Of a DNA stretch of 64,000 bases, positions 14,031 through 26,034 are shown piece by piece. Source of the stretch: Auanema rhodensis (lineage: Eukaryota; Animalia; Nematoda); assembly GCA_964057225.1 (NCBI GenBank), contig OZ059898.1, forward strand, positions 6,944,001 through 7,008,000, in the 5' to 3' direction. The notes under the pieces are model-generated. The model made no database searches. It saw nothing but the letters and a program-made list of their open reading frames with translations, and was not told the DNA's origin. The position numbers and the translations under genes are program-made. Position 1 is the stretch's first letter, and each line of letters begins with the position of its first letter.

Positions 14031-14479
14031 TCAAACAAAGGCTCTTTGATACACGCGCCTTCGTGCAGGCCAAACCCGGTTTCTCTGAAACAAAAGTTGG
14101 ATATATTTAGGAAAAATATTCCTTTTAAATGATTTTAAATTAAACAAAACAATAATAATAATAATACCTTTAATGCAATAACGGCAAAAATAAGAATTAT
14201 AGTTAACCATACAGCTAAAAGTATATATTTTGTAGCAATCTATATAATATAATAAATTATTAATATTAATTAAATATATTACTTACTACATTTTCAAAAA
14301 AAGAAATAAATGATATTGGTCTGAAATAAATATAAATTATTTTAAATATAAATTAAAATAATAATAAAACCTTACAATTCTTTATTAAATGGACCTGAAA
14401 ACATAAATATCATAGATGAAGTAACATTAGATGAACTTCTGGGCATTTGAAGATCTTGTACTATATTAGGTAAAGACAT
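14031..14479 (-). CDS. Small single-pass membrane protein (87 aa, 4 exons), function unknown
   Basis: Exons 14376-14479, 14287-14320, 14168-14239 and 14031-14084 are joined by phase-compatible GT-AG introns (two TTTCAG acceptors) into one open frame: MSLPNIVQDLQMPRSSSNVTSSMIFMFSGPFNKELPISFISFFENVIATKYILLAVWLTIILIFAVIALKRNRVWPARRRVYQRAFV*. Confidence 0.75.
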
Positions 14480-14922
14480 TATATATTATGATATTCTTTA
14501 CATATAGCTTTCTAGAATAGAATACATATATTTAAAAATGAAAAAGATTATTGAATAGTTAGTTAGCTCAAATGATTATTTCAATTTTATCTTTTCTTTT
14601 CTTTTTTTTTTTGTAAAAAAATAAGTGTTTATAAGAAAAAAAAGGTAATTTATTAAACTTCTTTTTGAAACAATATCAATTTTAAAAAAAAAAGAAATTA
14701 TAATAAGAAATATTGATTAAATCATATTAACAACCATTTTTTTAATATTTTAATTGATTTTTAAATTAAAAATGAAAAATGATAAAGTTAAGAAATATAA
14801 TGACAGGACAATTGATTGTCTCTCTCAAACACAAGAAGAGGACACCCCGAAATGAAAAGACGCGAATGTTTTTGTAAAGCATGAAAGTCATTAGTTAGAA
14901 AAATAAAGAACCTAAGGGGAAA

Positions 14923-14934
14923 GGGGGGGGGGGG
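14923..14934 (+). repeat. G12 homopolymer inside a GC-richer island (potential G-quadruplex)
   Basis: Twelve consecutive G followed by TTGGTGGTGTTGGG, within otherwise very AT-rich DNA. Confidence 0.8.
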
Positions 14935-15302
14935 TTGGTGGTGTTGGGTTGCTGGCTGTGTGAGACCGGTATCCTATCTCTGTTCTTCTCTACTTTAACA
15001 ACTTTCATCATATTGACAATTGAACAGGTTAAATATCAAACAGAGATTAAAAGAATAACTATATTAACTATTAATTATTATTATTATTACTTGAGCTGAT
15101 TTATATTTATAAAGAATTTTATTAAGTATACTGTAATTTTCAATAAAAAGAAACAAAATTTTAATTTTTCTATATTTTAATAGAAAAAATAATTTTTTTT
15201 TCTTTTTAAACTTATAATTTTCATGTAATAATTAAGCTCACAGTAGTGAATAGTATAAGTGATATGTAGTGTTTTATAATATTCTTTTAATATTTCAACA
15301 CT

Positions 15303-16959
15303 CTATATAGAAGCATTTTGAGTAGTTACTCTAACCGGAACTATTAAACGACTTTGATCACAAAATGGTCTGTAAATTATAAAAATATGTATAAAATTAA
15401 TAATTTTTACATACATATATGTAGCCATTAATATTATAACATCTTCTCGAACTTGTTTACAAACAAACACAAGCAGCCATGGCGCTACTATTGCTTGTAT
15501 ATCACCAGCAATAAATCGGTAAACCATAGGTGAATCATCATCTTGATCATTAAGAATATGTAACGTAAAGTAGAAATATGCCTATAATTCTATTATTTTG
15601 GAGAATATAGAGGAAATTTGTATTACGAATGATGCTCCAACAAGCAAAGTGCTGATCGTCATCGTAGTTCCTACTATCAGTAGAGATAATTCTGCAGAAA
15701 TAGCTTGATTGTTTTCAGACCCCATACCCCTATTAGATTGGCGTCGACGTTGCATAACTAAGGCAATAACAGTAATCAAAGTAAATATCAGAATTAATCC
15801 ACTACATGTACTAGCAACAATCATCATAAGAAAACTATTCGAAAGCTATAAATATATAAATTAAAATTAAAATTATAGATTATAGATTATACCCAAGAAA
15901 CATTAACATATTTTAATGGAACTAATACACTTCCCAATTCTGTATTTGGTATAACGATAACTGTTCCTAAAGCAACATTCCAGACAGTTAATAAAGGTAG
16001 TGCAAGTAAAACAATAGTCATTGATTTTGTGTGCTTATCCCATAACTAAAATAATTCTAACATAATATAATATATAATATAATAATTTATTTAATTATAA
16101 ATTAAATGAATTGTTTTTAAATATTTAAACTTTTTTCAAGAAAATAATAATCGCATATTTTGAACGTTCTTACTACTTTCGTTTTTTTGGAAATAAAATT
16201 TGCTAAGATAAATGCTGAAAATAATATTATTTTTCTATTTAATTTCAAATATTTTAGCCAAAAAACAATTATATTAAGAATTGAAAATATTTCTAATCAA
16301 TAGTTATCACTAATAATTATATTTTAAATATTTTCATTTATATATATATATATATAAAGAAATAAAATGGTTATGTGATTGTATAGATTTTTACCTGACG
16401 ATGATAAAATGGAAATAGAACACAAGTCATTCGGTTACAACTTATTGCTGTATTAGCATAAAAAACAAGATAATAAGCATAGACACCAATAGTATATGGA
16501 AAAGATAAATATCGATTAGGTTCTGAGAATAAATTAACGATTTCATTACACATAAATCCTGTATTCAATAATCGAAACATGATGATATCAAATGGTAAAT
16601 ACCATACAAGCTAAAATATAAAATTATTTAATTAATTATGATTTAATTATATTTTTAAAAATTTTAAATGAATTCAATTTTATTAAATATTACGACAAAA
16701 TATAATGAAAAAGAAAATGTGAGGTCATTCTACTATTACTCATGCATATTATTTATAATTAAAAATTAAAACTTACTTGACTACTGACAATAGTAAAAAG
16801 ACGAAAAAATGTATATCCATATTTTCGTCTATTTGATTTTTTATTTAATATATATAGAATAATAATATACATTAAAACTGTAGGAATACCTAGAGTTGTT
16901 GTAAATATTATATGAGTTACTCGAGCATTACGTAAATTGTCATTCTCAGAGCAATTCAT
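15303..16959 (-). CDS. Serpentine 7TM chemoreceptor, Srg superfamily (srv/srg-like), 6 exons, intact
   Basis: LGIPTVLMY...YGYTFFRLF; TM3 end ISCNRMTCVLFPFYHRQLW; AELSLL before TM6; APWLL in TM7. All exons splice in frame. Confidence 0.8.
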
Positions 16960-19900
16960 ACTATCAAGTACTAATGATGTTAATATATATATTTATATAT
17001 ATATATATTTAATATTTATATGAAGAAAATATATTTAATATTACCTTAATATATAATAGTCAATGAATATATCTGTAAAATTATTTTAAACATATAATGC
17101 TAGAAGTAAGCAGGTGTAGAAGAAAATTGAATGAATGACGACGAAAAGTTTTGAAAATTAAAAAGTTTATGAATATGGTCACTTTAACTGATTATATTTC
17201 AATTATAGACAGCTAGTTATTATTATAGACGAAATAAGAAGGCGGTACTTAATTTATGACTAAATACTAAAAATATGATCGTTTATAAATATAATCTATG
17301 GAAAAAAATTAAAAAAAGAATGAGTAGTTGAATGAAATTTGAAAAAAAACTTAAAATAAAAGAATAAATATAAAAATGGAAATATTACATTCCAAAAGAT
17401 ATGAAAGCAAATGAAATATAAAAAGAAGAAAAATGCAATTTAGTATTATACATTGAATTATTATTTTATAGTTCAAATAATAAATATAAGATAATCAAGA
17501 AAGTTAAAAGATATGATGACGGAAATAGACAATGATATTTGATTACTATATTACATATAGTATATGATAAATGATATAAGAATTGTAAAAATGAAAGTAG
17601 TTATCTAATATCTCTTTTATAGATTGATTTATAGAAATTTTGATTTATAATATATTATTATAAAGTATCATTTATATATAATAATATAGATAAAAATCAT
17701 AAATTAATAGTTTGTAAAAGATTATTAAAGATAAATTTATTTTTTTTTATTTAAGAAAAAGATTTTGGAATTTTAAGATAAGGTTTGAAAGATATGTATG
17801 TTCATGTATTTCATGAGAATATTCTTGCAACTTCGTTTTCGTTTGTTGGAAAATCTCAATTTTAGCTTCTTCAAATGAAACGTTCGAGAGTTCCTTTCAT
17901 TGAAGGCAATTCTGACGTAAATGACTAAAAAGAAAGAAAAAAAACTGATGAAATAGCCATTTCTAACAAAAAAAAAACTAAAGAAACTGATATATACTAT
18001 ACAGAATAAATGTAAAAATAATATTCTTTGTTGATTAAACATTTCAAAAATCATCTGGAATTATAGATTAATAGTGAGGAAATAAAAAAAAATCAGATGT
18101 ATTGTTTTGGGATCAATTTATTTATTTTATTTGCGTTTAAATTAAATTAATTAGAATTTAATATAAATATACATACATACATATAGACATATTTAATATT
18201 AAAAAGAAATTAAACTAATTAATTTAATATAATAATTAAGTTTTAATAGTTTATTGTTTTTTATTAATTATGTGACATTTAAACATAACACCTGTAATAA
18301 GTTTTAAATATTTAAGAAATTTATTCCAAAAATAATATTTAAATGTTTTGTTTTGACGGAATTCAGCAAGTATAAATGAAATTTCATTTTTTTCATGATT
18401 TATGAAATAAAAGATATAGTTTATTATATTTTATTTTATAATATATATTATCTATTTAATAGAATTTCTTTAAATACAAATGTATTTCCATTTAAAATAT
18501 TTAAAAATCTGGAAAAAATTGTGTAAATGATGTAGAAAGGGAAGTAGAATGAGGAAAACATTTCTAGTTTAACATAAATATATAATTTATTTAATTATCC
18601 AACATAAAAAAGATAAACCTGAGATTAAAATATTAATTAATTTGATTAAAGATGTACCAGATTATTTAAAAAGTTAAACACAGATGAGTGAGTATATGTA
18701 TATATACAATTATAATTTAAAATTTATATAAATTATATATTTATTTTTTGAAATTATTTATTTTAATATTAAAAAAATATTTTTGATAATCTATTTAATT
18801 ATTTTTTTTTTGTTTAAAAAGTTTTTTATATAATACTTAAGGGAGATATAATTCTTTTTATTCAGAACATTCATCTATTTTTATCATTTTTTTAAAATCT
18901 TTGTGAACTTGGAACAATTTTGTCTGGAAATCAATTTTTTCTTTGAACTTTTGTTCTTCCTAGCGCACATTCTTCATAAGAGCAAGGCAAAGTGGATTTT
19001 GCTTAAGGGCATCAGGAAAAACTCAGATCTCCTCTTCTTCTCTAGACTCAAATGATGTACGCTTTGTTCGCTTTTTCCATCATTTTATTTCTTGCCTCAG
19101 GCAAATGTTCTTCAATTTTGCTCTGCTAGCCTTAAGGGAATGTTGTCAGATGAGAAGATAAAGAAACTTCTCAAATGATCTTTACAATTCATTTTTGTAA
19201 TAATTATACCTAAGAAACCTTTACATCAACAAGTACTCAAAAATCATATTTACGATGTATGAGAATAAACCGAAAACGAAGATGTAACTCTGTAATTTTA
19301 CTCCAAAACATTGACATAACCTGCTAACTCATAGATACATATGAAGATGTCCAATATCTTATGTCCTTTTAATTTCTCAGAAAAACGATATCGATTAATG
19401 TTGACGAAAGTAATGTATATATGGCTGGCAACATTGCTTTTTTTTTCAAAAAAAAAAAGAAAAAACTGAGAAAAAGAATCTTTCAACATACTCTTTCTTT
19501 GCTCCAGCTTCGGTTTGCCTTGTCTTTGTCATATAAATACATGCTGAAGACAGAGGAACGAGCGGACCGGAAATAGCAAACGCAACAAGTATAGTGCTCG
19601 TTGGGCGGGAGTGGAAGGAGGACACATGAGGAACGAAGAGAGTTATACTGAAGTTTGGAGTGCAGTTTGTGCTTTTTTTCTTTATAAACGGCTAGTTAAA
19701 GTAGCAAGTTCCTTTGCCGGAAGCTGGTGGTTTGGTTCAGTGAAAGAAATTCTTTTTTAACAGTTTCAATTCAAATTTTAAGTAATTTATGGTAAAGTCA
19801 TCAGGGGGCAGGTATACTTATTTAATTTAATATTTCTTTTACAATTAAACTAGAATACTACTTTATAATAGAAATATAACAATATTTTGAACAAGAACAA

Positions 19901-20853
19901 AGTGTATTTTCTATTGATTTATCACCGTTCATTGAAAATTTGAACTTTGAAGAATATGGAATGCGATATTCCTGACAGGTGACTGTGATTAATGGAATTT
20001 GAAATAAGCCTAATAGTAATACTCTTGCATGTCATTTTTAGATTTACTTTTTAATTTTGCTTTATATCTTTCTTGAAACTGCTCAAAGTCTTGTCACAAA
20101 AAGGACAGCCCTCCGCCCCGTCCTCATACATCTGTGTGTCCTCCAACCCTCCCGGTCCACGACATTCGGCTCCAGAAACCCCACCCCATTTTCCAGCAGC
20201 TTTTCTTTCTTTTGGACGGCCTTTAAGGTCTTTAGTATTGGCTGTCAATATCAACCTGGACTCCTTTCCATTTATCCATTCTCTTCATACTCCTGGTTCC
20301 CCCCATTTCTAACACGAAGACATTCTATAGAATCTGATCTTCAGATCTCTAATCTTGAAACTTTTGTACCATCTTGGTATTTAGTTTCTTTGGAGCACCA
20401 TTGAAGGGATAACCAATCAGAAATTATAGAATCTGAAGATATTAACTATAGATTTAGAAAATTATTTTGAGTTCTAATCAGTTCATGCTAGCTCGTAAAC
20501 GAAAGTTCCAGGTTAGTTCCAAATTATTATGCGTTATATTTAATAAGCAGTAAGCAAATTTCAATAAAATATTACTTCACATACTTTGATCATATTATAA
20601 ATTATATGTTAGTTTTATAATATTTTTCATTTTATAATTATAGTTAAAAGATATAATATATACATATAGTATATTTTCATAAATATGTACGAATTTAGGG
20701 AAAAATATACATATAATCATAATATTTTATTGATTAATCATCTTTTTATTGAAATATAATCCTAAAATATATTCTTCTAATACATAAATTTTCTTCTTCT
20801 TCTTTTTTTTTATTTCAAGAACCTCGGGGAATTGCATACATACATGTATGTAT

Positions 20854-21291
20854 CAGGGTTGTGCATTTTACTTATTTTGCGGATCGGATCAGATCCGCAT
20901 TTTAACCTCGCGGATCGGACCGTTTTTCGGATCTTTTTAGTGCATTTATTTGATTACTAACTAAAGAGAACCATTCCGATGCTCGTCGAGTGTGACTGTA
21001 ACTTAGTTGTAATTTCAGATATTGGTTCAAGTAGAGTTTTTAAATCAAAAATGATATCCCATTCTTTCTTATTTATTGATGGGTAGCTGCACTGAATACT
21101 TTTAAAAGTAAAATTAAATAAAAAAAAATAAATAAAATTTAAATAAAATCCCAAAAAAAAAAATTAAGTAGTAATAATTACGATCCGGTCCGATCCGCAA
21201 AATCCGCATGACCAATTACGGATACGGATCTAGCGAAATACCGCAATATTGCGGATTTTGCGGATCTATCGATCCGATCCGCACAACCCTG
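20854..21291 (-). mobile_element. Non-autonomous, internally deleted hAT DNA transposon
   Basis: 11-bp terminal inverted repeats CAGGGTTGTGC / GCACAACCCTG; perfect 8-bp target-site duplication GTATGTAT (20846-20853 and 21292-21299); subterminal GCGGAT/GGATC repeats at both ends; internal fragment EWDIIFDLKTLLEPISEITTKLQ resembles the hAT transposase W..l..lL.P...T..l motif. Confidence 0.9.
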
Positions 21292-23107
21292 GTATGTATG
21301 TATATTTGATTCTACTTGCCGAATGATATGAAATCTTTGAGACAGATTTTTTTCAATTTTTTCTCCAATAAGCTTTCTTTTTCTTCATCTATATATCAAT
21401 GTGAAAGAGAGGAATATTTAAATATACAAAAAAAAGAATAAATGTCTGGATTTAGGGATCAATTTAAGTGGAATTATTCTTTAAAAATTAAATACAATAT
21501 GTATAGGTTTAGTTAATATATAACTAGAAGAAAAACTAATAGGAAATCTTTATTTTTATCATTTCTTCTCCTAATTTCTTTTTGGTCTTCTCATTTTTGT
21601 AGTTCGCAACTAGATACTTTATAATTTATTCATTACTATATGGGAATATTTAAAAAAAGAATTCAAGAACACTGTAAATCAATGGAAACATTTAGAAATA
21701 ATATGATTCAAAGTTTATTTTTCCAACAAATTTGTTGGTATACTTCCAAAAGAGAAAAAACATTTGGATGAAATCTTTCGAAATTTTAATGGATGCATCA
21801 TGAGCCTCTTCTCATTTCTACGTTTCATTTCGCCGCTTGGCATTGGTCCATTTCAGAGCTTTTCTTTATAGTTCGTTTCCCTTTTTATCCATTTCTCCCT
21901 CTCTCCCTCTCTCTTTCCCTCTTTCCCTTTTTCTTTCTTTCACTCCCGAGGGTTTCAATATCCGGAAATCGGAATTTTTTGAGCTGCCGAACTTTTGGTT
22001 CTTCAGTCCAAAAGGTTTGACAGCTGCAATGACATATATGATATTTTAAAATGAGAATGTAAAGTATTAAGATAAGTAAATCTTATATAATATAAGTAAT
22101 ATTATATATATAATTAGTAAAATAAAGTAAAAAGAATAGATAAATCAAATCAATAAATATTTTATTTTATTCTATTTTAATTCGTGTTCATGCAACATTT
22201 TTCTATTTAAAATTAAGAAGAAAATGTGCTCTCTTTATCTTCTTTTGCACAATAATGGCACAATGACCATTTTCTTGGCAACATTCAGAATCTTTACTTC
22301 TTTCATTTATAGTTCGTTTTAGCTAAATCAGCTTTTTTGTTTAAACTTCTCTGAAACCAACTGAGCAAAAAGGAATGTTAGCCGGCGTTCTATTCTCATA
22401 AAAAATTAAAGTGGCCGCAGTTAGTCCTCTCACAAAGGACATCTTTACATTCTTCGTTCTTTAAATGGAACAGGCACTGAAGCTTTGAATGTAGTCGGCA
22501 AAAGCTTTTTTTTTTTTTTTTTGAAAATTTTCAGTTTGCCTATGACACAATGAAGCCCGTTGTGTGTGCTTACATAAACGGACCAAGGATCTATCAGACA
22601 TCCTTGTATCCTCTTTCTTTTCCTACACATTGCCCTTTTTTCTTCCAAATTTCATGTGAACTACACAAATTGGATGAAATCTAAGCATTTATAATGGACC
22701 AAAGATTAAAAAATGTTCTTATTATATAATATATTTACATTTACATATATATTAATTAATAATTATACATAATTTTATTTTGAAGACTTAAGATAGTTAT
22801 ATACAGTTAAAGACAACCATTTACACACCACAATTCAAAAAGATTCGCAATTTTTCCTTATACTTGATAATTTATGAAAAGGCCTGGGTTTTCCAGAACC
22901 AAACCGGACACGAATCCTTATTGAAAACCTGTAAAACCGAGTAACTACCACAAATCATGAATATTCGGGCTTTATTATAAAGATGGGGTCAAGCTATATA
23001 CATACATAGAAATATAGCATATGTTGCATTCCTTTAATACAAAATACAAAAAAATTAATTTCAATTCAAAATATTTATTTTCAAATATCTGATTAAAATA
23101 TTTGCAG

Positions 23108-25784
23108 GACCAAGTTGGAGTTTCAGAAAGTGTTACTCCTAATTATGCAATTTTAAAACTTAAATCAGATACTAATTGTATTCAACTACTACAAAATGCT
23201 GTAAGTATTTTGATTTATTCTAGAAATTTAAGAAAAAATATTTTAAATAGTTGGCGTTAGGAGTAGCTGATATATCATTTGTATCTCATCCCAAAGAGTA
23301 TTTTCATCCAACAGAATGGTCAGCTTCACCTGATAAACGAACCGTATATAGTCCTGATGACACATTTTCTCAAATAGAGTAATACAATATCTTTCTTACA
23401 TATGAAATTAAAAAAAATTATTTTAGGCCCCGTTTGCCAATTAGTGATTCTCCACCTAACACGGGTACAATAGATGTACAAACAGTGCGTGATGAATTGT
23501 AATATTTAGAAAAAAATTGTTCCTCAGTATCTATAATTTCAGTAGTTCCAGTAGTTGTAGTAATGGAAGTCGTTTCTCATCGATGTCATCAAGTACATCA
23601 TTTGCTAATCATACGTCTCTTTCGAATGTAAACAATGAAAACAATTCTTCTGATATTCATTCTGTAATAAATACCTTGTTTGGGTCCAAAAATGAAAATT
23701 CCACATCAGAAGTAATTTATTTTTAATTTTTCTTTCAAGAATATGAAAAAAAATTACAGTCAAATCATAGAAGTCGATCTCCAACTCCTGTTATACCAGG
23801 GAATGGTCAAATAGTTTGTAAATTATGTGGAATATCTGTAAGCTGTAGAAAGTATGTTAAACTTCAATATTTAAAACTTTAAAAAATATTCTTTAGAATT
23901 ACAAATCTTTCAACTCATACTTTAAAATTACATTGTCCTATTGCATTATGGAAATGTCCTAGTGAAGGCTGCACATTTGATCATGCTGATCATGGAAGAG
24001 TAACAATTTTCATAAAATTTTAGAAAACAAATCGTTTAAATCATAGGTTCGTTCTCATATTCGTCATCAACATCCTGGAATTGATTATATACCAATTGAT
24101 AATCGTAGTAGTGAAATGGTAAAAAATGCTGAAGTATTTCTTAAACGATGTTATCCTTCTGTTGATTTTGTAAAAATAATTTACTTTATTTGTATATTAA
24201 TTATATAATTTAATAGGATACACAACATAAAAATGTAATTTATTGTACGGAGCCGATGAGTTTGATGATTGAAAAAACAAAAGAACATACAATAGATATG
24301 GGTGCTCTTTGGGAACTATTAGCCGCCAATGAAAACGGCTCTGATATGTATACGGAATGTTCAAGTTGTCGAATTTCGGTATATTTCTTCAATTCTTTGT
24401 TTTTCTTATAAATTACTTTCTTCAGATTCCTCTTAATAAACCATCAGTTGAAGATCATATTAGACAAAATCATAAAGCAGATACTCTATATCAATGTGGT
24501 ATATGTGAATATGCTAACGCAGAAGAGGTATTTATATGAAATATAAAACAAAAATATAAAATTTGTTTTTAGTGGAAAGTACGGGTTCATACAACTATTC
24601 GTCATCCGGATAAGCCTTTAGCATCTATCATTTTTAATATCCAGCATGCTAATCGCATTCAATTACTAGTTCGTAAATTATTTAGTAATATAGCAGGTAT
24701 TTTTGATTTATTACTATATTCTTTTATAATTTTAATTTTAGACAAAATGCCTGCAGACGATGTTGAAGTGTTGATAAACAGTTTTCACCTGGCTGGAGGT
24801 CCTACCGTAGCAAATGGAATATCAGAATTCATGACGGATGTTATTTCAAAGAGTACTACAGATGAAGTATACAGCATTTGTATTTGCAAAAAAATAAAAT
24901 AAAATGTTTAGAATTCTGTAATTACAATGATAAATACGAAGTCTACAATACCGGGATCACCATTATTGCCTCTTATGGAAAATCAAGAGATGGGATCTGT
25001 TGGCGAAACTGCTGTTCAAAACATGTTGTTACAAATGTTTCCCACAATGGTAAACATATACTCTAACATATTTATATAAATATAATATTAATCAACTTTA
25101 GGAAAGTTCCAACACTAATGGATCGTCTGTTCTCCGAAAATCGTCAATTCCTTCTATAAATCGTAATGAAAGAATAGTGGGAAAAGTAGAATGCAAAGTA
25201 AAATTAGCAATTTCTCGTCAGGAAGTATTAACCTTATTACAGATGTGCTCAACCACGGTGGAAACTAAACGAACAATGCTTGTTTCTCATGCTAAATCTC
25301 ACTGTACTCAACGACAGTGGCAGTGTCCACACTGTGAAACATCCGCAGCATTTCATTCGAAATTAAAGCTTCATATAGTTAACGCTCATAAGAGTGAATC
25401 AGAACCTATTGATCTTTAGTAAGAATTAAATATATAATACCATTGTACATGTTCTTTTAGTTCACCTAGCCTGGAGAACAAATGGCTCTTATTATTCAGG
25501 CAGTGTTTTCCTCAATTTTCTCAGCAATGCTTTGTTGAGGAATGGAAATTTAGAAGCAAGCAACAACAGCACTATGTTACCCAATTGGAGGAACCCATAA
25601 CTCGAAGTAAGACAATAAATAAACTCAAATCTGACACGTTATAATTCCAGATATTTTGGAAGGTTGCGAACAGCCAAGAAGGTCTTTGTTGATTGAGGAT
25701 GATCCACCGCCGCTAGATGATCTTAGCATCCTCAATATTCCCGCCACATTATTCAAAACAGAAAGTAAACAAGAAAGTTTGTAG
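23108..25784 (+). CDS. C2H2 zinc-finger protein with three paired-finger modules; first coding exon not located
   Basis: Spliced exons give CKLC...H...H/WKCPSEGC...HIRHQH, CSSC...HIRQNH/YQCGIC...HTTIRH, and CKMC...HAKSH/WQCPHC...HIVNAH. Stop TAG at 25782-25784. Confidence 0.75.
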
Positions 25785-26034
25785 TTCATAATGCAAACTC
25801 AGGAACAATGAAGATTAAATTTAATAGAAAAATAAGTTGATAGTGCCGTACACAGACAATGAAATATTTTCATCATCATGAAGAAACAACTAATGAATTC
25901 GACAACCGGGGAAAACAACAATCGTGGATCAACACTCGTAACATGAGATAACTTAAATAAACGGTCAAAAACTAAATTAATTTAGCTAAGTTAGTCAAGG
26001 AATCCAAAATACTATGGGCTGTAGGAGATACCGT

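Noticed and set aside
19555-19585. GGACCGGAAATAGCA resembling the SRP RNA S-domain
   Set aside because: It lacks the conserved CAGG...GNRA...AGCA helix-8 arrangement and the Alu domain.
20051-20404. Overlapping ORFs in a GC island
   Set aside because: Low-complexity products on both strands with no homology cues, explained by local GC richness.
20957-21154. 65-aa ORF as a stand-alone gene
   Set aside because: It is an internal remnant of the hAT element, starts at a non-ATG codon and has a low-complexity N-terminus.
17000-23000. piRNA (21U) cluster hypothesis for the AT-rich interval
   Set aside because: I found no repeated CTGTTTCA Ruby motifs, only scattered GTTTCA. Motif-independent piRNAs cannot be excluded without small-RNA data.
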